From assembly GCA_051251915.1 (NCBI GenBank), contig JBPOGF010000006.1, positions 32,001-96,000 of the forward strand: DNA of 64,000 nucleotides, read 5' to 3'. The translations under genes were made by a program, and so were the position numbers. Shown here piece by piece: positions 51,599 through 61,813 of the stretch (positions within the stretch are counted from its first letter, which is position 1; each line of letters begins with the position of its first letter). The notes under the pieces are model-generated. The model was not told the origin of the DNA. It saw only the letters and a program-made list of their open reading frames with translations, and did no database searches. This DNA comes from Akkermansiaceae bacterium (GTDB lineage Bacteria > Verrucomicrobiota > Verrucomicrobiia > Verrucomicrobiales > Akkermansiaceae).

Positions 51599-52759
51599 AT
51601 GAAAATGTTGATGATCTTATTTACGGTGATGCTTAGTGGCATGGCGTTTGCAAATGAAGCTATGACTCGGGCCTTAGTGGCTGCTGGTGAGAATAGAGCT
51701 GAGGTGGAGATAGCTCTGGCAAGTGTGCCGGATGAGCAGCGGGAGGGGTTGAGTTTTCTGGTTCGGTATATGCCGGATGAGGATCTGAAGTCGCTTACGG
51801 CGGAGTTTTTGTTAGAGAATGTTGCTTTGGCTTATAAGGCGAGGGGGGAGTTTGCTTGGGCGAGGGATTTACCTGAGGAGATATTTTTTAATGATGTGCT
51901 GCCTTATGCTGTTCTGGATGAGACTAGGGATAACTGGCGGAAGGATTTCTACGATAGGTTTTCTAAGCATGTGGTGGGGGCTACTACGATGAAGGAGGCG
52001 ATAAAGGCGGTGAATTTTGCGGTGATGGGTGAGGTGAAGGTGAAGTATAGCACGAAGCGGAAGAAGCCTCACCAGAGTCCTTATGAGTCGATGGAGATCA
52101 ATGTGGCTAGCTGCACTGGGCTATCAATTTTGCTGGTGGATGCGTTTAGGGCAGTGGGTATTCCTGCACGTGTGGCGGGGATTCCGATGTGGACTACGAA
52201 GCGAGGGAATCATAATTGGGTGGAGGTATGGACGCCTGGGGATAAGAGCTGGCATTGTACTGAATTTAATCCGGATAAGAGCGGGGATTTGGATCTTGGG
52301 TGGTATGTTAAGGATGCTTCGAAAGCGAATCCGGAGAGTTTTTATCATAGTATTTATGCTACTTCTTGGAAGCCGACAGAGATTCATTTTCCGATGGTGT
52401 GGAATATGGAAAGCAAGCAGGTGCATGGGGTGAATGTGAGTGAATTTTATATTAAGCTAGGTGGTGGGGATGAGAAGGTTGCGGGGGATTTATGTGAGCT
52501 TAGGATAGATTATACTGTGGCTGGAGAGAGGATTTCTGTGCCGGTGGCGGTGACTCAGGCTGATGTGAAGCTTAGTGAGGGCGCGACTCCGGAGCCGACT
52601 GATGATATGAATCAATTTTATAGTCTGTCGGTGAAGAAGGGGCAGATGTATCAAGTGGTGTGGAAGGCGCCAGGTGAGGAAAAATGGCGGAGGGTGGAGG
52701 TTCTGCCAAAGCAGACGAAGGGTGAGGAACCTTTCTTGAGGGTGAAGTTGGTGAAGTAG
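51599..52759 (+). CDS. Secreted transglutaminase-like domain protein
   Basis: ASCTGLSILL, RAVGIPAR, NHNWVEVW. Confidence 0.85.
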   Translation: MKMLMILFTVMLSGMAFANEAMTRALVAAGENRAEVEIALASVPDEQREGLSFLVRYMPDEDLKSLTAEFLLENVALAYKARGEFAWARDLPEEIFFNDVLPYAVLDETRDNWRKDFYDRFSKHVVGATTMKEAIKAVNFAVMGEVKVKYSTKRKKPHQSPYESMEINVASCTGLSILLVDAFRAVGIPARVAGIPMWTTKRGNHNWVEVWTPGDKSWHCTEFNPDKSGDLDLGWYVKDASKANPESFYHSIYATSWKPTEIHFPMVWNMESKQVHGVNVSEFYIKLGGGDEKVAGDLCELRIDYTVAGERISVPVAVTQADVKLSEGATPEPTDDMNQFYSLSVKKGQMYQVVWKAPGEEKWRRVEVLPKQTKGEEPFLRVKLVK

Positions 52760-52777
52760 TTAATAGTTTGGTGTGAC

Positions 52778-52791
52778 TAGGGGTAAGTTTT
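52778..52791 (-). repeat. Dispersed 14-mer, copy 8
   Basis: AAAACTTACCCCTA on the minus strand, intergenic upstream of metF. Confidence 0.8.
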
Positions 52792-52872
52792 GGAGGTGGG
52801 GAGTATGACACAAAGCTGGGGATAGCATGTTTTATACTTGGAGAACTGGGGAACTTGGCTAAAAGGATTCAG

Positions 52873-53775
52873 ATGCATATTTTAGAGATTCTTAATGGTG
52901 ATAAGCCATCGCTTTCATTTGAGTTCTTCCCGCCGCGCACTGAGCAGGCCTCGGATGCGCTCTATGGTGTGATCGCGGAGTTAGAACCCTACAAGCCGTC
53001 CTTTGTGTCCGTGACTTACGGAGCGGGTGGTGCTACGCGTGATCTTACTCATGATTTGGTGATCCGGATCAAGGAGACGACTGGTGTTCCGCCGGTGCCG
53101 CACCTTACTTGCATAGGGCATACTGAGGAGGAGATAGATCAAATTTTACAGCGTTATGCGGATGCGGGAGTGGGAAACATTCTGGCGCTGAGGGGGGATC
53201 CGCCGAAGGATGAGCCTAATTATGACAGGTCTAAGGATGCGTTTAAGTATGCGGCTGATTTGGTGGCATTTATTAAGAAATTCAATGAGTCTGGTAGGCA
53301 TCCTGATCCGCTTGGGTTTGGGATAGGTGTGGCGGGATTTCCTGAGGGGCATCCGACGACGCCGAATAGGGTGAAGGAAATGGCATTTCTTAAGGCGAAG
53401 GTGGATGCGGGGGCGGATTATATTTGCACGCAGCTGTTTTTCGATAATCACGACTTTTTTGACTACCGTGAGCGCTGTGAGCTGGAGGGGATAACGATTC
53501 CTATTATTGCGGGGATTATGCCTGTGACATCGCTTAAGGGGATGGATAGGATGGCGGAACTCGCTGAGGGTGCGCGGTATCCGGCTAAGTTGATCCGTGC
53601 GCTTCAGCGTGCTGGGGGTGACCCTGATGCGGTGGAAAATGTGGGGATTCACTATGCTGCGCAGCAGTGTGCAGAGCTACTGGATGCGGATGTGGCGGGG
53701 ATACATTTCTACACTTTGAATAAAAGTAGGGCTACACAGCAAATTTATGCAAATTTAGGCTTGAACCGAATCTAA
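52873..53775 (+). CDS. metF: 5,10-methylenetetrahydrofolate reductase
   Basis: SFEFFPP, SVTYGAGG, HLTC, ALRGD, TQLFFD, HFYTLN. Confidence 0.96.
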   Translation: MHILEILNGDKPSLSFEFFPPRTEQASDALYGVIAELEPYKPSFVSVTYGAGGATRDLTHDLVIRIKETTGVPPVPHLTCIGHTEEEIDQILQRYADAGVGNILALRGDPPKDEPNYDRSKDAFKYAADLVAFIKKFNESGRHPDPLGFGIGVAGFPEGHPTTPNRVKEMAFLKAKVDAGADYICTQLFFDNHDFFDYRERCELEGITIPIIAGIMPVTSLKGMDRMAELAEGARYPAKLIRALQRAGGDPDAVENVGIHYAAQQCAELLDADVAGIHFYTLNKSRATQQIYANLGLNRI

Positions 53776-53833
53776 ACTTACTCTAATACTCTGCCCGTGC
53801 CAGCAAGAACGGCACAAAACGCATCAAATATCA

Positions 53834-53907
53834 GCGGGTATAGCATAGTGGTAATGCACCAGCCTTCCAAGCTGAGTAGGAGAGTTCGATTCTCTCTACC
53901 CGCTCCA
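53834..53907 (+). tRNA. tRNA-Gly (TCC)
   Basis: GCGGGTA/TACCCGC acceptor stem, CTTCCAA anticodon loop, GTTCGATTC T-arm, encoded CCA. Confidence 0.97.
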
Positions 53908-53920
53908 TTTGATCAAAGAT

Positions 53921-53953
53921 AAGCCCGCTACTTTTTACAGTGCGGGCTTTTTT
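53921..53953 (+). terminator. Intrinsic terminator after the tRNA
   Basis: AAGCCCGC...GCGGGCTT followed by T run. Confidence 0.85.
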
Positions 53954-54000
53954 GGGTTTTGGTGTATTTGTGGTTTGGAGTCTTGGAAACTTGGAGGCTA

Positions 54001-55383
54001 TTACTTAGAATATTTTCTTTGTGATGCTTTGCCGCCTTTGCTCCATTTTTTGCGTTCGTAGGCGCTTTTTTCGGCTTTATCGATGTCGCCGGCCATTTTT
54101 TCTGCTTCTTTGGTTACTTCATTGAGTTGTTTCTTCCATTCATCAGGGATTTTTGCTGCGCTGGTTTTGGCTTGTTGGACGGCTTGGAGGAGTTCTTTTT
54201 TGGCGTCGTCAAATTTGCGTTGCTCAACTAGTTTGGCTGCATTCTCTAGTCGGTTAGCGAGTTCTATTTCTGCGATGCGGGCGGTTACTTCCATGTTTTG
54301 CTGGCCTAGGATTAATTGTTGATCGTCCGATACGGTGATGGTGAGTGGCTGAGTCTTGAGTGTGACGGGGAGTTCTTGTTCGCCGTTGAGCTGCTTGTAG
54401 TCGAGGGTGAATGGTGGGAGGGTGAGCTGCTGTCCGTTCTGGAGTTGGGCTGGGAAATTGATACGGCAGAGGATGGCTCTGGTTTGGCCGGAGAAGATTT
54501 CGCCGAGTGGGACGCGCACTGCTTGTGCTTGATGTTGAGCTATCCAGCCGTAGACTTTATCTAGTTTCATGCCTTGTGGGATGGATGTCTTGAGTTGTAG
54601 GTCTTTGCCTACGGTTGATGCCATTTGGGAAATCTCTTGGTTGAGGGTCTCGGTGATTTTATTTGATTCTTCGATGAAGTAGTAGTTTCCGCCGCCGTTG
54701 TCGGCGATGCCGGTCATGAGGTCCTCGTTGTAGTCTACTCCGAGTCCGAGTGTGGTGATGACGATTCCGTTTTGTAGGGCTTCACGTGCTATTTTATTGA
54801 GCTTAGCGGGGTCTTTGATACCGGCATTTGCGTTGCCATCCGAGATGAGTAATACGCGGTTGACCTGGGCTTTGTCTTTATTTTTGGTGACGCAGTTGAT
54901 GCCATTGATCATTCCTTCGCTGAGGTTGGTGCCACCTCCATCAGAAATGGTGTGGATGATGGCTTCAATTTTGTTGCGGGTGATTTCATTGATGACGGTG
55001 GGTTCTACGTTTACGGTGAAGTCATTGGAGTAGCTCACTACTGATACGGTGTCGCCATCGCGCATTTGTTTTAGCATCTGGATGGCTGAGTTACGGGCAT
55101 CGATTATTTTCTGGCCGGACATGGAGCCGGAGCGGTCGATGACGAGTGAGAGGTTGAGTTTTTTGTGAGCTTGTGGGGCGTTGGATTTTGCGGAGGAGAG
55201 TCTTAGTAGAACGTAGGCGTGCTTTTCTGTGCTGGAGATCAGCGGCTTTTGTGTCTTGGCTGTTAGAGTGAGGGTGTTTGGGTTATTTGCTGGTGGGTCT
55301 GCTGGCTGTTGGGCGATGAGATTGGTAGCTAGGATGAGTAGCGAAGTTATTGTGGTTAGAAGTGGGTTTGGTTTTATTTTCAT
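54001..55383 (-). CDS. Secreted VWA-domain protein (YfbK-like)
   Basis: VIDRSGSM MIDAS motif, GGTNL, ISDGNAN, GLGVDYNEDL. Confidence 0.9.
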   Translation of the reverse strand: MKIKPNPLLTTITSLLILATNLIAQQPADPPANNPNTLTLTAKTQKPLISSTEKHAYVLLRLSSAKSNAPQAHKKLNLSLVIDRSGSMSGQKIIDARNSAIQMLKQMRDGDTVSVVSYSNDFTVNVEPTVINEITRNKIEAIIHTISDGGGTNLSEGMINGINCVTKNKDKAQVNRVLLISDGNANAGIKDPAKLNKIAREALQNGIVITTLGLGVDYNEDLMTGIADNGGGNYYFIEESNKITETLNQEISQMASTVGKDLQLKTSIPQGMKLDKVYGWIAQHQAQAVRVPLGEIFSGQTRAILCRINFPAQLQNGQQLTLPPFTLDYKQLNGEQELPVTLKTQPLTITVSDDQQLILGQQNMEVTARIAEIELANRLENAAKLVEQRKFDDAKKELLQAVQQAKTSAAKIPDEWKKQLNEVTKEAEKMAGDIDKAEKSAYERKKWSKGGKASQRKYSK

Positions 55384-55493
55384 AGCTTAGTCGAGTTAAG
55401 GTTATAGTAATCTTAGTAACAGTTAGGATGTGATATGTTCAAACTTAACAGTATTTAGCGACTTAAGTGTAAAGTGTGTGTAAAGTGGATGGA

Positions 55494-56375
55494 TTACTGC
55501 TTGAACAAAGAACTGTTGCTGGTTTCTTTTTTTAAGATTTGAATCTGTGGTTTGGGACGTGGATGTGTTCGAGGGTGGGGTTTGGTGGGGTGGAAATTGT
55601 TGTGGTTGTGGTTGGTGTTATGTCCGCTTGTTTCTATGATGGTGTGTGTGGGGTGGTTTTGGTGATATTCTGTGGTTGTTGGGGAGGTGTTGTTGACTAC
55701 GATGATCTCACGCTGCACTTTGTCCACTTGGTGTTCTTGATTGGTTTTGAGGGCTAGTCGGTGGTTATCATTTAGAATGATCTGGTACTTTGCTTCTAGG
55801 GTGGCGTATTTTAGTTTTGCGGATTGTAGCTCGTTTTCTAGATTGGCGTGTCTGGCTAAAATGATGTTGGCTTTTTCTTGATCGGCTTCTGCGAGTTGGG
55901 TGGTCTCGTATGCGGTAAGCATGTGGGCTTTGGCATTAGACTGGGCTCTGATGGAGTGAATGGCGGCTTCTGAGGCGAGCTGTTTTTCGATCCGTGCGGT
56001 TTTTTGTAGGTCGATGAGTTCTAGTTTTTCGGCTTGGAGGGCATCAATGCGTTGTTGCATTTCCTTATTGGTTACTTGGTTTTCAGCTCTGGATTTTTGG
56101 GTTTTTGCGATTTCTTGATACCATTTATCTTCGGCTTCTAAGGCGGTCAGGTGGGCTTGTTTGGCCAGTTGTTTTTGTGCTTCTAGGTCTTGGATGGCTT
56201 TTTGTTCATCGGCTGAGGATTTAATGATTTGAATGGGTGATGGTGTTGTATTTGAGCTGTGAATTAGGTGAGTGGCGATGCTTCCTAGAGCTATACTGCT
56301 AAAGCCGATTCCTATTGTGAGGGCGATGGCATTTTTTGATGATTTCTTAGTGGTGGATGGCTTGCGGGTTCTCAT
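55494..56375 (-). CDS. Membrane-anchored coiled-coil hypothetical protein
   Basis: N-terminal TM, A/E/Q/K-rich heptad region, His/Pro-rich tail. Confidence 0.7.
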   Translation of the reverse strand: MRTRKPSTTKKSSKNAIALTIGIGFSSIALGSIATHLIHSSNTTPSPIQIIKSSADEQKAIQDLEAQKQLAKQAHLTALEAEDKWYQEIAKTQKSRAENQVTNKEMQQRIDALQAEKLELIDLQKTARIEKQLASEAAIHSIRAQSNAKAHMLTAYETTQLAEADQEKANIILARHANLENELQSAKLKYATLEAKYQIILNDNHRLALKTNQEHQVDKVQREIIVVNNTSPTTTEYHQNHPTHTIIETSGHNTNHNHNNFHPTKPHPRTHPRPKPQIQILKKETSNSSLFKQ

Positions 56376-56515
56376 GGTGGTGGCTGATTGTTTAAGTGTT
56401 TGGTTAAGTGCTGAGATAGAGGTAATAGAGGTGAGACGTGAAATGTGTGGTATGTATTCATTTTAAGTTGATTATTTTTATGTAACTATGTGTGAAGTGT
56501 CGCTTAGATATATGT

Positions 56516-57055
56516 ATGGGGATGAGGTGTTACTTTAATTTTTTAATCATTGGGCTGGGGTGTTGTTGTGGGGTGTTGAGTTCCTGTGGGGATAAGCAGC
56601 AGGGAGCTGAGAAAGTGGAGCCTGCTGCTGAGGGTTTGGTTGAATTGATTCAGCATACTTATGATGGGACGAAGCCTGGGGAGCTGGGGGTTTATAAAAT
56701 TACTGCTGATATTTATGATGCGCGGGCGCTGCCGCTTGGGGAAATTTATTCTAGTATGGAACAGTTGGAGGGGGGCGCTGGTAGGAAGGTGGGGGAGTTT
56801 GTGAATTTGGTGAATTCTGGTGAGCCTGCGGAGTTGGTTTATGAGGGTGGGTATTTTAAGGTGGATGCTATTGCGGGGGAGAATGGTGAGGTGATGGATG
56901 TGGGGGTGGATTTGAAGTTTGGGGAGCTGGCGATGGAGTTTGCTACGGTGGTGAAGTTTGGGTATGCGGTGTTTTATGAGATGAGTGTGACGGGGAGGCA
57001 AGATAGGATGTATGTGGTGGTTGTGAATGTGGTGAAGGAGGGAGGGGAGGAATGA
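56516..57055 (+). CDS. Lipoprotein with one secretin-like beta module
   Basis: Lipobox LSSC; VNSGEPAEL-containing region resembles modules in the two downstream genes. Confidence 0.6.
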   Translation: MGMRCYFNFLIIGLGCCCGVLSSCGDKQQGAEKVEPAAEGLVELIQHTYDGTKPGELGVYKITADIYDARALPLGEIYSSMEQLEGGAGRKVGEFVNLVNSGEPAELVYEGGYFKVDAIAGENGEVMDVGVDLKFGELAMEFATVVKFGYAVFYEMSVTGRQDRMYVVVVNVVKEGGEE

Positions 57056-58590
57056 TGAGGTTGTTGTTATTTTTGTTTTCTTTTGTGATGAGTCCTGGCT
57101 GGGCTTGTGAGGAGTATGGTGATCCGTTTGGGGATGATGAGGCTAGGCCGTTGGTTCCTAGGGAGGCGGCTTATCTGGAGGGTGGGGGGAGTGTGGATGG
57201 AGAGGTTGAGGTGTTGGTTAGGAGTCTGCCGATGCTGCTGCAGTCTTTGGAAAACTTACCTCTGGTAAAGCGAGATTTAGAGGGGCTGCCTCATACTATA
57301 GCGGGGGATGAGGTTTATGATATTAGTGGGTGGTTTCCTAATTGTGATGAGGTGAGGGAGGATTTGTGGGTGGTTTATAATGCTCGGTCTGGGTATTTGA
57401 TAGCGAGTGCGGATGGGTTGTTGAGGGCTTCTGTGAATGAGTATGTGGATGATGTGGTGATGAATCAGTTGCCGAAAATGCGCTTGTCTGTGACTTATCT
57501 TAAGGTGAAGGGGAGTGTGCAGCTTGAGATGGGGGCTTTGCAGGGATCAGATTATAGGGTGGTGATGAGGGTTGTTGGTGGGTCTAGTTCTGGGGAGGTG
57601 TTTGAGTTTGGTAATGCTGGGTTTAGTGTGAGGAGTGAGGTGGATATGGACTATTCAAGACGTGGGGCATATGTGAGCTTAAATATAGTGGGGGGAGAGA
57701 ATGAGGAGATCTCGATGGGTTGTGGTGTAGAGATGGGGCAGCAGATTATTAGTAAAGTGGGTGTGAATGATGGAGGTGAGCAAGGGGTTTTGATTTTGAA
57801 GTTAGTTTATGTTGATCAGTTGGGTAGGGAGTTAGACTATCACCAGAGGTTAGAGAGTAGGTTAGATGTTGATGATCAAGTTTATCGAGGGTTTGACTTT
57901 TGGCGGCATCATTATTTCTCAAGTCGAATGTCGGTATTAGATTATTTAGATTGTGATGATGTTAAGCTAGTGGTGCCTCCTGCTGATCCTCTTTATAGGG
58001 AGGATGATGTGGTTTATGATATCACGAAGTCTCTGGAGCTTCAGGGTATTAAAATAAGAGAAGGTGACCGACTTTTATCAAACCAGACTGTGGGACAAAT
58101 GGATTTTAAGGGGGCTGATAAGGCCTTTGAGCAGGTTGAGGAATTGTTTACAGAGTTAGGAGTGAGACCGCCTAATTTGTTTTATATGACATCAAGTTTT
58201 TATGAGGTGGAAGCTAAGGGAATGTTCGATAGGGAGTGGAGCTTGGAGAATGTTCTGGCGTCTAATCCAGTTTTATTGGGAGAAATGGGTGGTGTTATAA
58301 GTCAAGGGGATAAGTTTTCTTTGAAGTCTGAGTATGGGGCTGTTGAGTGGTCCGCTATTTTTTTTGATGGTGTGACTGAGGGGAGAGAAGATGATAGCGA
58401 TTGGATAGAATCTTCATTTGAGATTGATCTGAAGATTTCTGGGAGAGAGATAAAGTGGTCTGAAGAAGCTTTTGTATGTTTGGAGAAACCCGTGTTTGTT
58501 GAGGTGCGGAGAGATGGAGGTAAATCGATTGTGATGAGATTATCGATTGATGTTGAGGAAATGTTTTATCATGAGAAACTGCATAACTAA
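57052..58590 (+). CDS. Secreted protein with two N3/secretin-like repeats
   Basis: Signal peptide, DPF motif, internal duplication, paralogous to the next gene. Confidence 0.6.
   Translation: MMRLLLFLFSFVMSPGWACEEYGDPFGDDEARPLVPREAAYLEGGGSVDGEVEVLVRSLPMLLQSLENLPLVKRDLEGLPHTIAGDEVYDISGWFPNCDEVREDLWVVYNARSGYLIASADGLLRASVNEYVDDVVMNQLPKMRLSVTYLKVKGSVQLEMGALQGSDYRVVMRVVGGSSSGEVFEFGNAGFSVRSEVDMDYSRRGAYVSLNIVGGENEEISMGCGVEMGQQIISKVGVNDGGEQGVLILKLVYVDQLGRELDYHQRLESRLDVDDQVYRGFDFWRHHYFSSRMSVLDYLDCDDVKLVVPPADPLYREDDVVYDITKSLELQGIKIREGDRLLSNQTVGQMDFKGADKAFEQVEELFTELGVRPPNLFYMTSSFYEVEAKGMFDREWSLENVLASNPVLLGEMGGVISQGDKFSLKSEYGAVEWSAIFFDGVTEGREDDSDWIESSFEIDLKISGREIKWSEEAFVCLEKPVFVEVRRDGGKSIVMRLSIDVEEMFYHEKLHN
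57251..57264 (+). repeat. Dispersed 14-mer, copy 9
   Basis: AAAACTTACCTCTG, sense strand (E-N-L-P-L). Confidence 0.8.
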
Positions 58591-60098
58591 TGTTCAAGAA
58601 ACTACGGCTACTGATATTTTTGTTTTTGTGTGTTACGGCTCTGCAGGTGTATGGAGGTGGTTCTCCGCGGGTGCCGGAGAGGGGGTATCCGGAGGGGGTT
58701 CCTTATGTTAGGACTGGGTTGGCTGTGGTTAGTATTCATTGTCCGAGTATGATTGATCCACCGGTGGCTTTGGTAGAGATGCCTCGGCTTGAGGATGGGG
58801 TAGGTGAATGGGATTTGGGGGTGTTGCCTCATACGGAGTCTGGGGATGAGGTGCGTGATATTACGGGGTGGTTTCCGCTGGATGAAATGAGGGAAGAAGA
58901 TGGGGGTGAGGATTTGCGGCGGGTGTTTTATAATGTGACGAGTGGTTATGTGATTGCTAAGGCGGATCATTTTTTGCAGGCGTCTGTTTATGACTATTTT
59001 GATGGGGGGAGGTCTGATGGGGATGATTTCTATGAGCGAAGGGTTAGAACCAACATGATCTATTTAGAGACGGATGATAGGGTTAGTATGGATCTAGGAG
59101 CGATTCAGAAGACGTCCCATAAGGTTATTTTTAGACATGTTGGGGAGGGGTATCTGGGGAGTAAAATGGTGAGTCGCAGTGGAGATATAATTTTTGAGAG
59201 TGAGGGGTTTGCTATGAACGGCAGGAAGGCTATCTATTTGGATCTGAATTGTTATAAAGAAGGGGAAGGGGTTTTATTTAATTCAGCTATCAGCTTTCCA
59301 GTGTCTAAATGGATGATTTTTGAGTGTGGGATCTCTGAGGCAGGTTCCAGGAGGATTTTGGCTGTGAAGGTGGACTATGTTAATGAAAGAAGAGAGGTGA
59401 TTTATTTGCCCCCAATAAGGGAAGATTTCATCAAGAATGTAAGTATGGATCCATTTGGAGAAGGTGAAGATAGCTTTTATGAATTGTATGCGGTTCCTCC
59501 GGATATAATTAAAATGCTGTCAGGTGAAGAGAGTGATGGAGATCCCTTTTTAGAAACTAGAAAAGTTAAGAATGAAGGGATCGATATTTCTGATTTGTTG
59601 TTAGGCCAAGGAGTAGAACCGTTGAATGCTTATTTTTTACCGCGATCTAGTTATGTCATTGCAAGTGGGAGTGAGGAAGTTCAAGGTCAATTAGATGATT
59701 TGTTTGCGACTCTTGGAGGAGATCGACCTTTGGGGATTATATTTCATCTGAGTATCTATGAGGTAGATGGTAATGCCGAATTGAAGGATTGGGATGTTAG
59801 GGATCTTTTAGCGAGCCGTCCTCATAAGTTAGCTAGTGTGGGGACGGCGTTCTGTAGTGGGACAAGATCTGAGCTTTTTTCTGATGGGAGTGAATTTCGT
59901 TTGGAGGCGATACGTGGAGAATCTAGGGAAAATATCGATTATGATTTCAATTTGAAGTTGGATTTTTCTCAGAGAAAGATGGAAAAAGTGTGTGAGGGGT
60001 CTATGAAGATAGATCGGCCAGAATTGATCTGGTTAGGAATTGATCCAACAACGAAGCGTGATTTGTATATGTTATTGCTCTTTCGTGAAATTGATTGA
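58590..60098 (+). CDS. Paralog of 57052..58590 with two N3/secretin-like repeats
   Basis: Shares LPHTxxGDEVxDIxGWFP and YNxxSGYxIAxAD with the upstream gene; DPF motifs. Confidence 0.6.
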   Translation: MFKKLRLLIFLFLCVTALQVYGGGSPRVPERGYPEGVPYVRTGLAVVSIHCPSMIDPPVALVEMPRLEDGVGEWDLGVLPHTESGDEVRDITGWFPLDEMREEDGGEDLRRVFYNVTSGYVIAKADHFLQASVYDYFDGGRSDGDDFYERRVRTNMIYLETDDRVSMDLGAIQKTSHKVIFRHVGEGYLGSKMVSRSGDIIFESEGFAMNGRKAIYLDLNCYKEGEGVLFNSAISFPVSKWMIFECGISEAGSRRILAVKVDYVNERREVIYLPPIREDFIKNVSMDPFGEGEDSFYELYAVPPDIIKMLSGEESDGDPFLETRKVKNEGIDISDLLLGQGVEPLNAYFLPRSSYVIASGSEEVQGQLDDLFATLGGDRPLGIIFHLSIYEVDGNAELKDWDVRDLLASRPHKLASVGTAFCSGTRSELFSDGSEFRLEAIRGESRENIDYDFNLKLDFSQRKMEKVCEGSMKIDRPELIWLGIDPTTKRDLYMLLLFREID

Positions 60099-60172
60099 AT
60101 TACTGTTAACTAATGACGGCTTCTTATTATAATATTCTTTGCTTGGGGGTGGGGATTGGGTAGGTGTTTGGG

Positions 60173-60772
60173 ATGAATATTGAGATTGCAGATAAGGCGT
60201 TGAGGTGGGGGGAGCTGGATGTGAATTTGTTTGGGGTTGAGGGGGATTGGTATGGGGAGAAGTTTGCGAAGCCGTTGATGTTTGGGCTGGCTGTGGATAA
60301 GGATTATTTGTGGTTTGTGGCGGGGCATCAGGAGCCTGCGAGTCTTCATCCGGCGGCGAAGCCTGGGGCGTTTGTGGCGGAGTTGTGGACTTATGATGTG
60401 GCGGAGTTTTTTTTGCTAGATCCTGCTAGTGGTAAGTATTTGGAGTTTAATCTGGCGGCTAATGGGGCTTGGTGGTCTGCGATGTTTACGGGGCCGAGGG
60501 TAAGGGAGAGTGCGGAGGAGATTCCTTTTCCTGATGTGGCGACTTATGCCGACTTAGCGCCTGATGGTAGCTGGATGGCTGCTGCGGCGATTCCGCTGAA
60601 GGAGCTGAGGTCTGAGCTGAATTTTGGTGATGGGAGTGAGATGAATGTGGCGTTTATTGTGGGGTCACCTGAGCAGAGGTTTGGTAGTGCGGTGAAGTTG
60701 GGGGGGGAGGCTCCTAATTTTCATCAGCCTGAGGGGTTTGAGAAGGTGAAGTTTTATCATGTGGGGGAGTGA
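60173..60772 (+). CDS. DOMON/CBM9-like domain protein
   Basis: ELWTYDVAEFF, YLEFNL, PNFH; start inferred from TTGCTT-16-TAGGTG-6-ATG. Confidence 0.65.
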   Translation: MNIEIADKALRWGELDVNLFGVEGDWYGEKFAKPLMFGLAVDKDYLWFVAGHQEPASLHPAAKPGAFVAELWTYDVAEFFLLDPASGKYLEFNLAANGAWWSAMFTGPRVRESAEEIPFPDVATYADLAPDGSWMAAAAIPLKELRSELNFGDGSEMNVAFIVGSPEQRFGSAVKLGGEAPNFHQPEGFEKVKFYHVGE

Positions 60773-60889
60773 TCAGTTAGCAGTTAGCAGTGATCGAGGG
60801 CTTGGTGCTTTGACTTGCGGTGCATGAAAAAAAACGACTTCATCTGGTGGATGAAGTCGTTTTGGGGTGTTGTTGAAATGTTGTGGGTG

Positions 60890-61711
60890 TTAGGCGCCTA
60901 TTTTGTGGATGTGGACGTCTGTTTGTGGGTAAGGGAAGCTGATGTTTTCTGCGTCGAATGCGGCTTTGACTTTTTCGTTTAGGTCGAAGGTGATGTCCCA
61001 GTAGTGTGGGGCGTCTGCCCATACGCGGACGGTGAGGTTTACGGCGCTGTCTCCAAGAGCGCTGAGGACGATGACTGGCTCTGGGTCTTTGTCGATACGT
61101 GTGTCTGCATCGATGAGGCCGCGGATGATGGAGCGTGCTTTCTGGACGTCGTCATCGTAGCCGATGCCGAAGACGAAGTCTACGCGGCGTTTGTCTTCTG
61201 CTGAGTAGTTGATGATGGCGCCTGTGGCTACTGGGCCGTTGGGTAGGATGATGCGTTTGTTGTCTGGGGTGTTGAGGATGGTGTTGAAGATCTGGATGCT
61301 TACTACTTTTCCTGTGTGACCTTCTGCTTCGATGACATCACCTAGTTTAAAAGGCTTGAGGATGAGGAGGAGGACTCCGCCGGCGAAGTTCTGGAGTGTG
61401 CCGGAGAGTGCGAGGCCTACTGCGAGACCGGCTGCACCGAGGATGGCGACGAGTGAGGTGGTGGGGATGCCTGCGATGCCTGCGCAGGTGATGACTAGGA
61501 TGACCTTGAGGAGCATGCCGGTGAGGCTGAGGATGAAGCTTTCGAGTGCTTCATCGAAGTCTGCGTGGTCGAACCATTTGTTCATTCCTTTGCAGAGGAA
61601 GTTGACGACTTTTAGGCCGATCCAGAAGACGACGATTGCTGTGAGGAGCTTGAGCCCGTATGTGGTGGCAAATCCGGTGATGAGTTGTGATATTTCTTCG
61701 AAGTTGATCAT
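60890..61711 (-). CDS. mscS: Small-conductance mechanosensitive channel
   Basis: GAAGLAVGLAL, NFAGG, KPFKLGD, PNG, ISFPYPQ. Confidence 0.95.
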   Translation of the reverse strand: MINFEEISQLITGFATTYGLKLLTAIVVFWIGLKVVNFLCKGMNKWFDHADFDEALESFILSLTGMLLKVILVITCAGIAGIPTTSLVAILGAAGLAVGLALSGTLQNFAGGVLLLILKPFKLGDVIEAEGHTGKVVSIQIFNTILNTPDNKRIILPNGPVATGAIINYSAEDKRRVDFVFGIGYDDDVQKARSIIRGLIDADTRIDKDPEPVIVLSALGDSAVNLTVRVWADAPHYWDITFDLNEKVKAAFDAENISFPYPQTDVHIHKIGA

Positions 61712-61813
61712 GATGAGCGATTCATAAATCGTTCTGTTGAAGTTGTCAAATGCTAGAGTGTGAAGAAAAGTTCATCTTGTTGATGAATGGGGGGGGATTG
61801 GGTGAGGGTGGGG

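Noticed and set aside
53834..60098. tRNA-Gly-anchored genomic island
   Set aside because: No integrase and no duplicated tRNA 3' end seen; downstream genes largely share the core skew.
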